IMG/VR virus record: IMGVR_UViG_3300031088_000789 | Strand: one strand, 5' to 3' | Length of the DNA: 64,000 bases | From: an uncultured virus (IMG/VR IMGVR_UViG_3300031088_000789) | Lineage: Duplodnaviria; Heunggongvirae; Uroviricota; Caudoviricetes | Shown: piece after piece, positions 9,994 to 19,268 of the stretch | Layout of the letters: each line of letters opens with the position of its first letter | How positions within the stretch are numbered: the stretch's first letter is position 1 | Translations under genes and position numbers: made by a program | Notes under the pieces: model-generated | Database searches by the model: none | Told to the model about the DNA's origin: nothing | Seen by the model: the letters and a program-made list of their open reading frames with translations, nothing else

Positions 9994-10438
9994 AATTGTT
10001 TTCACAGTATTAGGTTTTGTCATTTTTATGGCAGGCGTATGGCTTGCCAATTTGGGTTCAGATGACATGGAAATGAAACCCCGCCAAGTGACGTTAACTG
10101 ATGTTTCTGTTACCTTTGAAAGCGTCAAAGATGATGCACCATCTTCAACTATTGGTAGTTTTGTGGACACTCAAACAGGTCGTTCGTTTAAAGCTTCGAT
10201 TAATGATGCAACCTATGTTCATTTTAAAGTTGCTAGCAATCAACCATTGTCTATGGTCAAAGAAGTCAGTGTTGATACTGTTTACGGTGTGAATCAAGGT
10301 AAATACACTTATGTTCTTGGTATTTTCTTTAAGTTTTTAGGAGCATTAGTTATTGTTACAGCCTCTCAAATTTGGCTTGAAGCCTTTAAAACGTGGAGAA
10401 AAGGCCGAAAACAATCAATTACTCAGATTTCATCTTAA
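9977..10438 (+). CDS. two-TM membrane protein, paralog 4 of 4
   Basis: SFKASIND..Y..F...PL...SVDTV core; AAGGAG RBS. Confidence 0.8.
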   Translation: MTHISKIVFTVLGFVIFMAGVWLANLGSDDMEMKPRQVTLTDVSVTFESVKDDAPSSTIGSFVDTQTGRSFKASINDATYVHFKVASNQPLSMVKEVSVDTVYGVNQGKYTYVLGIFFKFLGALVIVTASQIWLEAFKTWRKGRKQSITQISS

Positions 10439-10503
10439 ACACTTTACACGAAAGGTCATTTTTGTTAAAATACTCCCATCTTAATGACAATGAGATTATC
10501 ATC

Positions 10504-10692
10504 ATGACCAACAAAGTAATCAGTGAAAAAGCTAAAATCGCACTCATCAATGCTATCAAATCTGATTTGGCTAACGATAAGGATGCTCAGCACGAAGCTG
10601 CTGCCTATGGTCGTGTGGGTGTTTATCAAATGACCGAAGAACAAATCATGAAAGAATTTAATTACTATGGCATTGATCCTTTTTCGGATTGA
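10504..10692 (+). CDS. hypothetical protein
   Basis: TTTACA..TAAAAT promoter upstream; ATG 10504. Confidence 0.65.
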   Translation: MTNKVISEKAKIALINAIKSDLANDKDAQHEAAAYGRVGVYQMTEEQIMKEFNYYGIDPFSD

Positions 10693-10842
10693 CATCCACC
10701 CCATAGCTAAAGCAAGGGGCATTCTTTTTACTAAGCTTTGGTAACCTTGAAAAATATTTGATACTAAGACAACTGCGGTCGTCTTTTTTTTGACTAAATT
10801 TAAATCACTCCTACAATAGAATAATTAACCTTTTATTTAAAT

Positions 10843-11439
10843 ATGAAAATAACTCAAACAGCTCTTTCTGCTAAAGTTGATGCTCTTTTTAATAACTTGA
10901 TTGATAGTTCATTTGTACATGGTGTCATTAATCGCCCACCGATTTTCTTTACCAACACTGTTTGGGCTAAAAATGTTGCCTATTCTTTTATTCCTTATGG
11001 ATTGGAAATTAAAGGTAAAAAACGAGCTAAATATCTCAGAAAGCAACTGGTCACAGCAACTCATTTCTATCAGTATAACTTGGTTGATAACGATATTGTT
11101 CAGGTTATAGAACAATCTCAATCCAGTCATCCAATATCTATTGAGTATATATTTAAAGAATCCATTAGCACTTTTTGTCTAAAAGTTGATGCTCAAAACT
11201 TAGGCATTAATTTGGTTGAAGTTGTTGCCCTTGATGGTGTAATTGATTTTAGTCTCTCTGTTGATCATAACAAACATTTTTCTTATAACGAATATATTTA
11301 TATTGATGGTAAAGTTAGACAAATAGTAAATAATGAAAATGGTGTTGAGCGAATATATGACCTAGACTATATTGATAATCAGCTATGTTCGATTTCATCA
11401 ACAACTCACGGAAAAACTAAAATTCATTTCGAAATCTAA
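10843..11439 (+). CDS. hypothetical protein
   Basis: 198-aa ORF; TTGACT..TACAAT upstream. Confidence 0.7.
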   Translation: MKITQTALSAKVDALFNNLIDSSFVHGVINRPPIFFTNTVWAKNVAYSFIPYGLEIKGKKRAKYLRKQLVTATHFYQYNLVDNDIVQVIEQSQSSHPISIEYIFKESISTFCLKVDAQNLGINLVEVVALDGVIDFSLSVDHNKHFSYNEYIYIDGKVRQIVNNENGVERIYDLDYIDNQLCSISSTTHGKTKIHFEI

Positions 11440-11507
11440 CAATGCTTTTTCTTGAATTTTTGTATTTTTGCTGCTATAATCTATGAAATTTAATAGAGAT
11501 TATACCC

Positions 11508-11924
11508 ATGAAAGCCAATCAACTGCTCAGTGCTCTTGAAAGCTACCAGACTTTTGATGAACTCAAAAAAGATATGGAATCCCTTTTTGTTCAGCATACT
11601 TTTGATCCTGTCAAAAACAAATATGAAATTGATCAAATCAACAGCAATATTGCCTGTTTTGCTAGTTCTATGGAGATCTGGCAAGATGATTTTAACAAAA
11701 CTTGTGAATTTACTGTAGACTTGGCAACTGTTGATCAACGTCAACTTTATTCTGTCTTGAAAGAGCTTCATAACGAAGAAGAAGAATTGACGGGTATGTC
11801 TGATGCTTGGGAGTCGGGTGATGCTTGTGATATGGCTTGCAATGACCCCGGACTGCAGTATGAACAAAGTCAAAAAGTTGAAAGCCTTTGGGCTGAATTT
11901 GAACAAACTTACAAAAAATATTAA
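11508..11924 (+). CDS. acidic hypothetical protein
   Basis: TGCTATAAT promoter; 138-aa ORF. Confidence 0.75.
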   Translation: MKANQLLSALESYQTFDELKKDMESLFVQHTFDPVKNKYEIDQINSNIACFASSMEIWQDDFNKTCEFTVDLATVDQRQLYSVLKELHNEEEELTGMSDAWESGDACDMACNDPGLQYEQSQKVESLWAEFEQTYKKY

Positions 11925-12262
11925 TGTCTAGGAGAATGGATATGTTGAAAAAAATTGGCCTGTTTTTGTTGCTGGTGGCGATGTCTATTTCTGCTTATGC
12001 TGGTAACACAGTGGAAATCACCAAAAACTATGATCTTCCTGCGGGCATGAAAGATTGTCGCGTTTTTCAATTGACTGATGGTTTGCTCACGCCTATTTTA
12101 TTTATTACAAAATGTCCATTGTCAAAAACTTCAACTTCTAGCTTGCGGAATAAGAGCACGGCTGTTAGCTCTGTGGTTGATTATGTTGATGAAGATGTGC
12201 CTGTTGTATCTGATGACAACATCATTGAAATCAATGGTAAACGTTACAAAGAAATCAATTGA
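11924..12262 (+). CDS. secreted hypothetical protein
   Basis: Signal peptide (SAYA); Cys pair; start may be 11936 or 11942 after AGGAG. Confidence 0.7.
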   Translation: MSRRMDMLKKIGLFLLLVAMSISAYAGNTVEITKNYDLPAGMKDCRVFQLTDGLLTPILFITKCPLSKTSTSSLRNKSTAVSSVVDYVDEDVPVVSDDNIIEINGKRYKEIN

Positions 12263-12362
12263 ACGATTTCAGTGAATAGGGGCTTCTGCCCCTTTTGTTT
12301 TTAAGTTTTTTTGATTTTATCACCTCATTGTGTTAAAATAGCTCAACTACAGGAGACTATTT

Positions 12363-12623
12363 ATGCCATCAATTAAATTTTGGGTTAATGACAAAACTCG
12401 TATGTGCTCTATGACTACTGGTGCAGAAAATGCTGCTGCTAACCTGAAAGAAGGTTATCGTGAAGTGACTGCAGAAGAGCAAGATGCGTTTCGAGAAGAA
12501 ACTAAAACACTCAAATCTGCTCAGAAATCTAAAAAAGGCAAGAAAGGTGATGGTGATTCTGGTCTGAATATCAAGGCTTCTGCGGCTGACATTGCGAAAG
12601 TTATTGCTGATTTTAACCGTTAA
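12363..12623 (+). CDS. hypothetical protein
   Basis: CAGGAG RBS. Confidence 0.75.
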   Translation: MPSIKFWVNDKTRMCSMTTGAENAAANLKEGYREVTAEEQDAFREETKTLKSAQKSKKGKKGDGDSGLNIKASAADIAKVIADFNR

Positions 12624-12695
12624 TTCGTTTTATTTGTTTTTTTCTTGGATGGTTTATGCTATAATTCATCCATCACTAAACAAGGATATTTAACC

Positions 12696-12905
12696 ATGGC
12701 AGAATGTCATCCAGATTCAGGTTTGACCAAGCAAGATTACTACCGTATGGCACGTAACGATGTCGATAGGGAGTATGATAAACGGCTTGCTAAAAAAGGC
12801 TTTTTTGAATCCACCAAGTCCATTGAAGCGGAACGTGAAAGAGCCTTAAAAAAAGTTCATGATGACCATTGGGGTGGCGGTGGTGGTGGTTGTTTTTCTG
12901 AATAA
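12696..12905 (+). CDS. hypothetical protein with Gly-rich C-terminus
   Basis: TGCTATAAT promoter, AAGGA RBS. Confidence 0.7.
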   Translation: MAECHPDSGLTKQDYYRMARNDVDREYDKRLAKKGFFESTKSIEAERERALKKVHDDHWGGGGGGCFSE

Positions 12906-12976
12906 CTATTCTTATTCTGTTGTTGATTATTATTTTACTAGTGGTAAAATTTTTTTAACAACCATAGGATAGTTAC

Positions 12977-13177
12977 ATGTCAGGAGATAATACAGATACA
13001 AAAGTTGATTACGAATGGTTCTATAAAAATTCCATAAACCTTGTTAATGCTTATTTCGATAAAAAATTATCAAAAAGGTCTTTTTTTACATCAATCAAAT
13101 CAATTGAATTAGCTAGGCAGCTTGAATTAGCTAAAATTGAAAAACAGTTTTTTGGTCGTTATATCAAAGATAACTAA
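12977..13177 (+). CDS. hypothetical protein
   Basis: AGGA RBS. Confidence 0.6.
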   Translation: MSGDNTDTKVDYEWFYKNSINLVNAYFDKKLSKRSFFTSIKSIELARQLELAKIEKQFFGRYIKDN

Positions 13178-13200
13178 AATTTCTTTTAATAGGTAGATAA

Positions 13201-13665
13201 ATGAAATACTTTGTTATTTCTCAGCATGTTTCATATACACATGAAGGCGTTAACAGCAATCCAGTAGCTATTCGTCACTGTGATGAACAGATAATCATTG
13301 ATGAAGTGGCTGATCTTAATGCTCATGTCACTACTGATGCTGATGATTTTGTTCATCATTACTATACCTATACTGAATTGCCAGTGGTTGGGTTTGGCAT
13401 AACGTTTGACCTGCCTTCGAAAAAGCCTGATTACAATTTGGTTTCATTGAAGAACCATATGGAATCGGATATTGAACGGTCACATGTGTTCTACAATCAT
13501 GGCAAGGATAATGTTTTTTGTATGCGTCATGACACCTTTAAGAGTTATTTCTTGAACGATCATCGTTGTGGGGCAAGAGCTGTTGGTGTTCCTGATGAGG
13601 TGGTTGAGGCTATGTTTGACACCATTTTCGCAAATTACGTTAGACGTGGCATTCGGTTATCATAA
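13201..13665 (+). CDS. hypothetical protein
   Basis: ORF followed by a TTCG-loop terminator. Confidence 0.75.
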   Translation: MKYFVISQHVSYTHEGVNSNPVAIRHCDEQIIIDEVADLNAHVTTDADDFVHHYYTYTELPVVGFGITFDLPSKKPDYNLVSLKNHMESDIERSHVFYNHGKDNVFCMRHDTFKSYFLNDHRCGARAVGVPDEVVEAMFDTIFANYVRRGIRLS

Positions 13666-13764
13666 TCTGTTTTATCAAAAGGGTCACTTCGGTGGCCTTT
13701 TTTGTTGTATTTTTTTTGATTTGACTGTATAATACCATCTAAATGTTTAATCAGGTGCTTAATC

Positions 13765-14115
13765 ATGAGCCGTAAAGCTAAAAAAGGTCATTCTATTCCT
13801 AATCCTGTCGCTTTCAATGTTATCATTGATACTGATGACGATTTTACTGTTGATGGTCAAACTAGAATTAACCGCACGGTTACTGTTAGTAAAGACGGAA
13901 TAGTTGGCCGTAATCTTGCGTATTATTTACTCAATTTGGATTATAAGGTTAATCCAAATAAGTCTTCAAAACTGACTGATTTTAAAGCTTGTCTGAAATC
14001 TATTGATTTTTCTAATTGCATTCTTTTACTGACGCTTCCGAAAGATCATTTTGACTATACTTCTAAGATTACTTTTGGTGGAAATCAAACAATAACCATC
14101 ACATTATCCAATTAA
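13765..14115 (+). CDS. hypothetical protein
   Basis: TATAAT promoter; AGGTG RBS. Confidence 0.7.
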   Translation: MSRKAKKGHSIPNPVAFNVIIDTDDDFTVDGQTRINRTVTVSKDGIVGRNLAYYLLNLDYKVNPNKSSKLTDFKACLKSIDFSNCILLLTLPKDHFDYTSKITFGGNQTITITLSN

Positions 14116-14128
14116 TTAGGTACTTATT

Positions 14129-14530
14129 ATGTTTCCAGAAATTCAAAAAAAGATCCTAAGTCTGCAAACTCAACTGGCAGAGCAGCGTAAATTGCTTGAA
14201 GCTTCTTTCATTGAAGCTTTTGAAATTGACTCTGCTGAGTTTCCTGTTCAAAAGCTCTATTGGAATTATTTTTATTTCGATAAACCATCAAAATCTTCTT
14301 TTAAAGATATTCAAAAAATTTTCCTCGTTGATGGTAACATTAACGTATATCGTCACATGAAATTCAATGGCGTGGTCACGGGGGCTGAACTTAACGACTT
14401 CTATCAGCGGGCTGTTTTTATTGAAGATCAGTTTTTTGGTGCTTTTGTAAGCCCTGATGAAGATAGCAATCATGCTCCACTTCCTTTGCCGTTGGAAAAT
14501 GTTTCATGGTTGATGCTTTTTCCAGTTTGA
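14129..14530 (+). CDS. hypothetical protein
   Basis: 133-aa ORF with RBS. Confidence 0.7.
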   Translation: MFPEIQKKILSLQTQLAEQRKLLEASFIEAFEIDSAEFPVQKLYWNYFYFDKPSKSSFKDIQKIFLVDGNINVYRHMKFNGVVTGAELNDFYQRAVFIEDQFFGAFVSPDEDSNHAPLPLPLENVSWLMLFPV

Positions 14531-14544
14531 TTTGAAAAAAAGCA

Positions 14545-14573
14545 TTGACAACCTAACGACAATTTGCTACAAT
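14545..14573 (+). promoter_or_regulatory. near-consensus sigma70 promoter for the tRNA-like cluster
   Basis: TTGACA-17 nt-TACAAT with extended TG. Confidence 0.8.
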
Positions 14574-14693
14574 AGCCATCAATAAGACGAGAGAAATCTC
14601 TTCTTACTAGCGGCAAATGATGTTAACTATATTGAGTGTTATACATAGTTGCATCAAGGGTGTGAAAGAAATTTTGCACTTCGTCTGTTCCAC

Positions 14694-14766
14694 AAAGGTG
14701 TATATCAGTTGGTAGATAGTTTCCCTAACAGGGAAAAGGTCGCGGGTTCGAGTCCCGTCACTGATG
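14694..14766 (+). tRNA. tRNA-like gene, anticodon loop CTAACAG (AAC/Val), imperfect acceptor stem
   Basis: D arm TATC/GATA, anticodon stem TTTCC/GGAAA, T arm GCGGG-TTCGAGT-CCCGT; two acceptor mismatches; no CCA. Confidence 0.6.
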
Positions 14767-14794
14767 TGTATTTAGGCCAAAAGGTCAGGACAAT

Positions 14795-14868
14795 TACGGT
14801 GTATATCAGCGGCCTAGATAATCTCTCTAACAGAGAGAAGGACGCAGGTTCGAATCCTGCCATCGTAT
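14795..14868 (+). tRNA. tRNA with AAC anticodon (nominally Val)
   Basis: Full cloverleaf: TACGGTG/CATCGTA, TATC/GATA, TCTCT-CTAACAG-AGAGA, GCAGG-TTCGAAT-CCTGC; discriminator T; no encoded CCA. Confidence 0.8.
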
Positions 14869-14877
14869 GTAAGAACT

Positions 14878-14906
14878 AAAAAGACTTCTTCGGAAGTCTT
14901 TTTTTT
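14878..14906 (+). terminator. terminator of the tRNA-like cluster
   Basis: AAGACTTC-TTCG-GAAGTCTT plus T-run. Confidence 0.85.
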
Positions 14907-14965
14907 GCTTTATTTTTAACAATGTTGTATAATCAAAATCTGAATAGATAAAAAGGTAATTCTTT

Positions 14966-15172
14966 ATGTTTTTTAAAACAAGAATTCGAGAGTCAACAGA
15001 AACTGGTTCAAAGAAATTTATTTGCGAATATAAGACGTTCTTATTTTGGAAAAACTGTAACGGGTACCCTTATTCTCCTTATGGAATTAGATCATATTCC
15101 ACAGGTTATAGTAGTAGAGAAGATGCGGAACGCCGTATTAAATTTTTTAGATCTCATTTTTTTGGTTGTTAA
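14966..15172 (+). CDS. small hypothetical phage protein
   Basis: Promoter and RBS; KTFLFW motif also seen in 22845..23066 (KKFLFW). Confidence 0.65.
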   Translation: MFFKTRIRESTETGSKKFICEYKTFLFWKNCNGYPYSPYGIRSYSTGYSSREDAERRIKFFRSHFFGC

Positions 15173-15199
15173 TTATTTATTTAATATTAGGAGAACACT

Positions 15200-15472
15200 A
15201 TGTTTACTGCTGCTAATGCAAGATCTTTAAGTCAAATTGATTCCGTAGAACGTAATAAAAAGCTTGATGAACGCATTCAACGAGAAGTTGAAGAGGCTAT
15301 TCGAGATGGTAGAAAGAAAGGGCTTTTACGAGTCTATTTGGAAGACTGGTTTTTTGATTCTATTGAAGAAGAATTGACTCGCCGGGGTTTCCATAGCATT
15401 GAAATTCCGCACATTACGCTGAAAGGTGATGTTTCTTTTAGTTGGGCAAGCGAAGACGATTCAGACGATTAA
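15200..15472 (+). CDS. hypothetical protein
   Basis: AGGAG RBS. Confidence 0.75.
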   Translation: MFTAANARSLSQIDSVERNKKLDERIQREVEEAIRDGRKKGLLRVYLEDWFFDSIEEELTRRGFHSIEIPHITLKGDVSFSWASEDDSDD

Positions 15473-15543
15473 TCTTTTTTTTATTGTCTTTTTGTCGAAT
15501 AGTTGCTATAATTTAGTTCTTATCTAACGGAAATAGACAGAAC

Positions 15544-16128
15544 ATGAGCCAAGGTTTGAGTTATTTCATGCACGATATGCTCCATGTGGAGCATGGTCAG
15601 TCTATTCAAGTCATTGGTCAACTAGCTCCTGCCGTCTTGCAACAAATGCACGATTATTTCCCACCTTGTGATGCTGTTGGTTGGGATTTTACTGAGCGTG
15701 GTCTTAATGTCGGCTATTCTCAATCTTCTGGCATTGATGAAGCTGTTTTCGCTCACGAAAAGTTCTTGGCTTTTAATGTTGATGAAGACTGTGCTGAATT
15801 TGAGGAATTTCTCAATAAGCACTATTCCTTCCTTACAGACGCCAGCAGCACTTACATGTTTTGCGAAGCTTCCTATGCACAACTTCATGATGATTCAAAC
15901 TTGGCCTCCCGTGGGCAGTTGATGTTTATCGTAAGCAATCCATCCAATCACACTTTTATCTCTATTGATGATCAGGGTGTCACCCATGAAGTTATTCCAG
16001 TGGCGGGAGATATTCTGTTTTTGGATATTGCTTGCCGTCATGCTCTCTTCCCAAAACAAGTAGACGTAAATGATTTGAGTTCGATCAAACCCTTGAAGAT
16101 GGCGATGATTTCGCTCAATGGTTTTTAA
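15544..16128 (+). CDS. possible 2OG-Fe(II) oxygenase/cupin-like protein
   Basis: H-x-D (AQLHDD) and a distal His (GDILFLD...HAL). Confidence 0.5.
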   Translation: MSQGLSYFMHDMLHVEHGQSIQVIGQLAPAVLQQMHDYFPPCDAVGWDFTERGLNVGYSQSSGIDEAVFAHEKFLAFNVDEDCAEFEEFLNKHYSFLTDASSTYMFCEASYAQLHDDSNLASRGQLMFIVSNPSNHTFISIDDQGVTHEVIPVAGDILFLDIACRHALFPKQVDVNDLSSIKPLKMAMISLNGF

Positions 16129-16156
16129 AATTGTTTTACAAAATGGTGGATAGTTT

Positions 16157-16558
16157 ATGTTTAATCAAACGCTTGATTACACCTTAAAAAAATCAGACAA
16201 AGATGGCTTGCATGCTATCTTTTCTGATTCATCATTTGAATATGAGGTTCATGTTCAAGATGATTCTGTTGATCAACGTTTCTTGACTGTATCTATTATT
16301 GCTGGAAATAATGGACTTGAAAAGAGTGATGATTTGACTGGATTTGGCAAGCCAATTCCTGTATTATCAACCACAATTAAGATCTTGTTAGAACACTTGA
16401 ATATTCATGGGACACGACCAGTTAGGCTGCTGGCTGTTGATGAGCAACGTTGTCAATTGTATTACAACATTTCTCGCAAAATCCTTTCTGACTGGTATGT
16501 GTGTGTTGCTGGGAATAATGTCATTGTCCTACCCTTGTCTTACTTTGAAAAAGAATAG
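16157..16558 (+). CDS. hypothetical protein
   Basis: 133-aa ORF with RBS. Confidence 0.7.
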   Translation: MFNQTLDYTLKKSDKDGLHAIFSDSSFEYEVHVQDDSVDQRFLTVSIIAGNNGLEKSDDLTGFGKPIPVLSTTIKILLEHLNIHGTRPVRLLAVDEQRCQLYYNISRKILSDWYVCVAGNNVIVLPLSYFEKE

Positions 16559-16663
16559 CATCATGCATGAATAAAATGTCTAATAATAAATGGCATTTTT
16601 TCTTTTATTTTATCTCTTTTTGTGGTATACTTACTTCGTCAAATACATAAAGGAAACTCTATT

Positions 16664-16849
16664 ATGCACGCTTATGGTCATTCCCGTCATGACAAAATTC
16701 AATGCAAATATGGTTGCTGTACCCTGAAATCCGGCAAAGCTAAAAATTGCCGTAAACTCGTAGATCGTGCTCACCGAAAAACTGCCCGCCAGTCCAGTGT
16801 CAAAGAAATCACTGTTCGTATCCGCGAATCCTCGGTGGTTGAGGATTAA
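16664..16849 (+). CDS. small basic Cys-containing protein
   Basis: AAGGA RBS; TATACT -10 box. Confidence 0.65.
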   Translation: MHAYGHSRHDKIQCKYGCCTLKSGKAKNCRKLVDRAHRKTARQSSVKEITVRIRESSVVED

Positions 16850-16851
16850 TC

Positions 16852-17223
16852 ATGGATCTCGACTTCATCGTTAGCCATATTGAAAAAACGCTGACAGATG
16901 ATTTGTTGAAGCCTGTTTATCGGAAGTTGACGAACAGGCATTTGACCACTGGCCATTGTTATGCCGCTTCTGAAGCGGCCTTTCATTTATTGGGTGGCAG
17001 CAAATATTGGATGTCATGTTGTGGGCGTGATGATGAGGGTGGTACTCATTGGTGGCTGAAACACAAATCATCTGGTGTATTACTTGATGTTACTGCTGCA
17101 CAATTCACTCATTTTGGAAAAATCCCTCCTTATGCCAATGGGCGTCCCGTTGGATTCCTAACCAAACAGCCAAGTAAACGAGCAGTCGTGATCATTGAGC
17201 GTTTAAAATCATTGAAAGGATAG
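16852..17223 (+). CDS. hypothetical phage protein (GHCY..SEA...HWWL...D.TA.QF; papain/transglutaminase-like Cys-His-Asp)
   Basis: Spacing of Cys, His and Asp motifs; GAGG RBS. Confidence 0.55.
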   Translation: MDLDFIVSHIEKTLTDDLLKPVYRKLTNRHLTTGHCYAASEAAFHLLGGSKYWMSCCGRDDEGGTHWWLKHKSSGVLLDVTAAQFTHFGKIPPYANGRPVGFLTKQPSKRAVVIIERLKSLKG

Positions 17224-17267
17224 CTTTTCAGTGGTATAATCATGGCATACTTCATCAGGAATTTGCC

Positions 17268-17546
17268 ATGAATATTATTAAACGCATTCAACAAGCTGTG
17301 CATGATTACAAAAACCCTTCGGATGAAAAACTTCTTATAAAAGTGGCGAAACTTTACAGCAAGTATGCCAGCTATCATCATCTGCAGCATACGCCCCGTG
17401 GTTTTGCTGATGCGGTCGCTCGTAAAGAATCCATGAAGAGAACTTTTAGAGAAATCCAGTGCATGGAACCCAGCCCGGAGCGTCGTCAAAAATTGCTGGA
17501 TACCATCAAGCTGTTCAAAGAATACAACAATATTGGCTTTCGTTAA
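17268..17546 (+). CDS. hypothetical protein
   Basis: TGGTATAAT promoter, AGGA RBS. Confidence 0.7.
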   Translation: MNIIKRIQQAVHDYKNPSDEKLLIKVAKLYSKYASYHHLQHTPRGFADAVARKESMKRTFREIQCMEPSPERRQKLLDTIKLFKEYNNIGFR

Positions 17547-17568
17547 TCAATCAGAGTGAAATATTGCC

Positions 17569-17916
17569 ATGAAACTGAATATTAAACTGTTTTTTTCGCT
17601 TTTGTTTGTGCGTTTTCTGCAGGTGTTACCAAACCACAAAAATCCTAATGATGGCAAATTGATGAACTACAATAAAACTCTTTTGTGGCGTTATGAAAGC
17701 TTCTTTATACATGATTATAATCGTCAGTTTACTTGCGTTCCAAAAAAGGTTGCTCTTGAAACCAAAGAAGAAATGTTGAAAGCTTTTGATGCGGCTAATC
17801 GCATTCCTTGTGGGATTAAGCGGACATTGGCATTGAAAAAGAATATTCTTGTATTTAAAGCGAACATTGAGCGTGGTTATTCCAAAAAAATTGCAAAATT
17901 GCACCCAGCTTGGTAG
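17569..17916 (+). CDS. hypothetical protein
   Basis: 115-aa ORF. Confidence 0.65.
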   Translation: MKLNIKLFFSLLFVRFLQVLPNHKNPNDGKLMNYNKTLLWRYESFFIHDYNRQFTCVPKKVALETKEEMLKAFDAANRIPCGIKRTLALKKNILVFKANIERGYSKKIAKLHPAW

Positions 17917-17966
17917 CTATTTCTTAGTTTTTTTGCTATAATCACCTTACTTAATCAATAGGAAGC

Positions 17967-18398
17967 ATGCACATGACGACTCCAACCCAATCTCAAATTC
18001 TGCAGAATCTGGCACTGAATGCTGTCTCCCGCATTGAAAATGATCTGCGAGTGATGACTGGGATGCAAGGTGTTACGCTTTCTCCAGAAATCACTGTTTT
18101 TTATGAACAGCGAATTGAATCTCTGCAAAAATTCGTGAAAGCTTTGTCTTTCTCCAATGAAGTAGATATTGAGTTGTGCGAAATTTTGGATAAAGAAGAT
18201 TATGTTGTTGTCGCTCAATCATTGGACAATGAACTTTCAGAATTGATGAAATGTCTTCAAGCCGTTGGTATTAATCTTTACAAACAACAGGCAGCTAATG
18301 CAGACAATGCACTAGAATCTGACTACAATAACTATTACACCATGCTTCAAGCCAAAACTGACTTTTATGACCTTTACAATAAAGTTCGTTTTGACTAA
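17967..18398 (+). CDS. hypothetical protein
   Basis: TGCTATAAT promoter, AGGA RBS, terminator follows. Confidence 0.75.
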   Translation: MHMTTPTQSQILQNLALNAVSRIENDLRVMTGMQGVTLSPEITVFYEQRIESLQKFVKALSFSNEVDIELCEILDKEDYVVVAQSLDNELSELMKCLQAVGINLYKQQAANADNALESDYNNYYTMLQAKTDFYDLYNKVRFD

Positions 18399-18440
18399 TT
18401 TTATGGCTAAAAGAAAACCACCTTCGGGTGGTTTTTTTGT

Positions 18441-19262
18441 TTAAATTGCAATCATATCTTCAATGATCACAATGTCAGCTATTTTTGTATAATCTTTATC
18501 ATAAAGATAGTTGTAATAGCTTACAAAGCTTTCTTCAATTTTAACTGGATCTAATCTGTATGTATCATAATGATGCAGCATTTCATACTTTGTTATTCCT
18601 ACTTTTTTTCTGATAATGACTCCATTTTTTGAAACTGATAACATTAGTTTTCCGAAACTGATATATGCGATATATTGATCTTTATTTACTTGCAAGCTAA
18701 CTTCTATATGGCCAAATTTATAAGTTTCATGGCGGTCACATGCATACGTTGAGTCAATATATGAAAACTTTTTAAACAATCGATTTTCACCAAATAAAAG
18801 CTGGTCTATCTTTTTCAAATTTAAATAAAAGTTTTGTTTATCTGCAATTACCGAATAGTTTCTAGCCATTGGTTGGTGTTCTTGAAAGACTTTATTAATT
18901 GAATCGTCTAGTATTCTCCGAATTACTTTTTCATTAGAACAGCTATTAAAGTTAAAACAGTGGTATATATTTTTAATAATACCATCACCTCTTGAATACT
19001 TATAATGAAAAGGATAACCTTTTGTAAGATTAATAGTAATATCAAAGGTAGTAATCGCTAAGACAAGTGTGGTTGTGTAATCTTTTTGATATAAATTTAA
19101 TAAATCATCTGCGATGACATTCAATATTGTTTTTATTTTCTCTATATCTTTTGGCTGAACAATCTCTTCAACTGATTGTTTTATCGTTATATCTTTTAGT
19201 TGACTTATATTAATATTGCAGCACATTTTTGTATCTATTATTAATTTTGCGTTCATCATCAC
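18441..19262 (-). CDS. hypothetical protein, paralog of 19269..20087
   Basis: Shared ISQLK, LN..ADDL, L.KGYPF, SY..S.Y, YN..YD..Y; ends EDMIAI. Confidence 0.8.
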   Translation of the reverse strand: MMMNAKLIIDTKMCCNINISQLKDITIKQSVEEIVQPKDIEKIKTILNVIADDLLNLYQKDYTTTLVLAITTFDITINLTKGYPFHYKYSRGDGIIKNIYHCFNFNSCSNEKVIRRILDDSINKVFQEHQPMARNYSVIADKQNFYLNLKKIDQLLFGENRLFKKFSYIDSTYACDRHETYKFGHIEVSLQVNKDQYIAYISFGKLMLSVSKNGVIIRKKVGITKYEMLHHYDTYRLDPVKIEESFVSYYNYLYDKDYTKIADIVIIEDMIAI

Positions 19263-19268
19263 TCCATG

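Noticed and set aside
14649..14879. 76-aa ORF over the tRNA-like genes
   Set aside because: Shadow ORF with no RBS; the tRNA structure explains the sequence.
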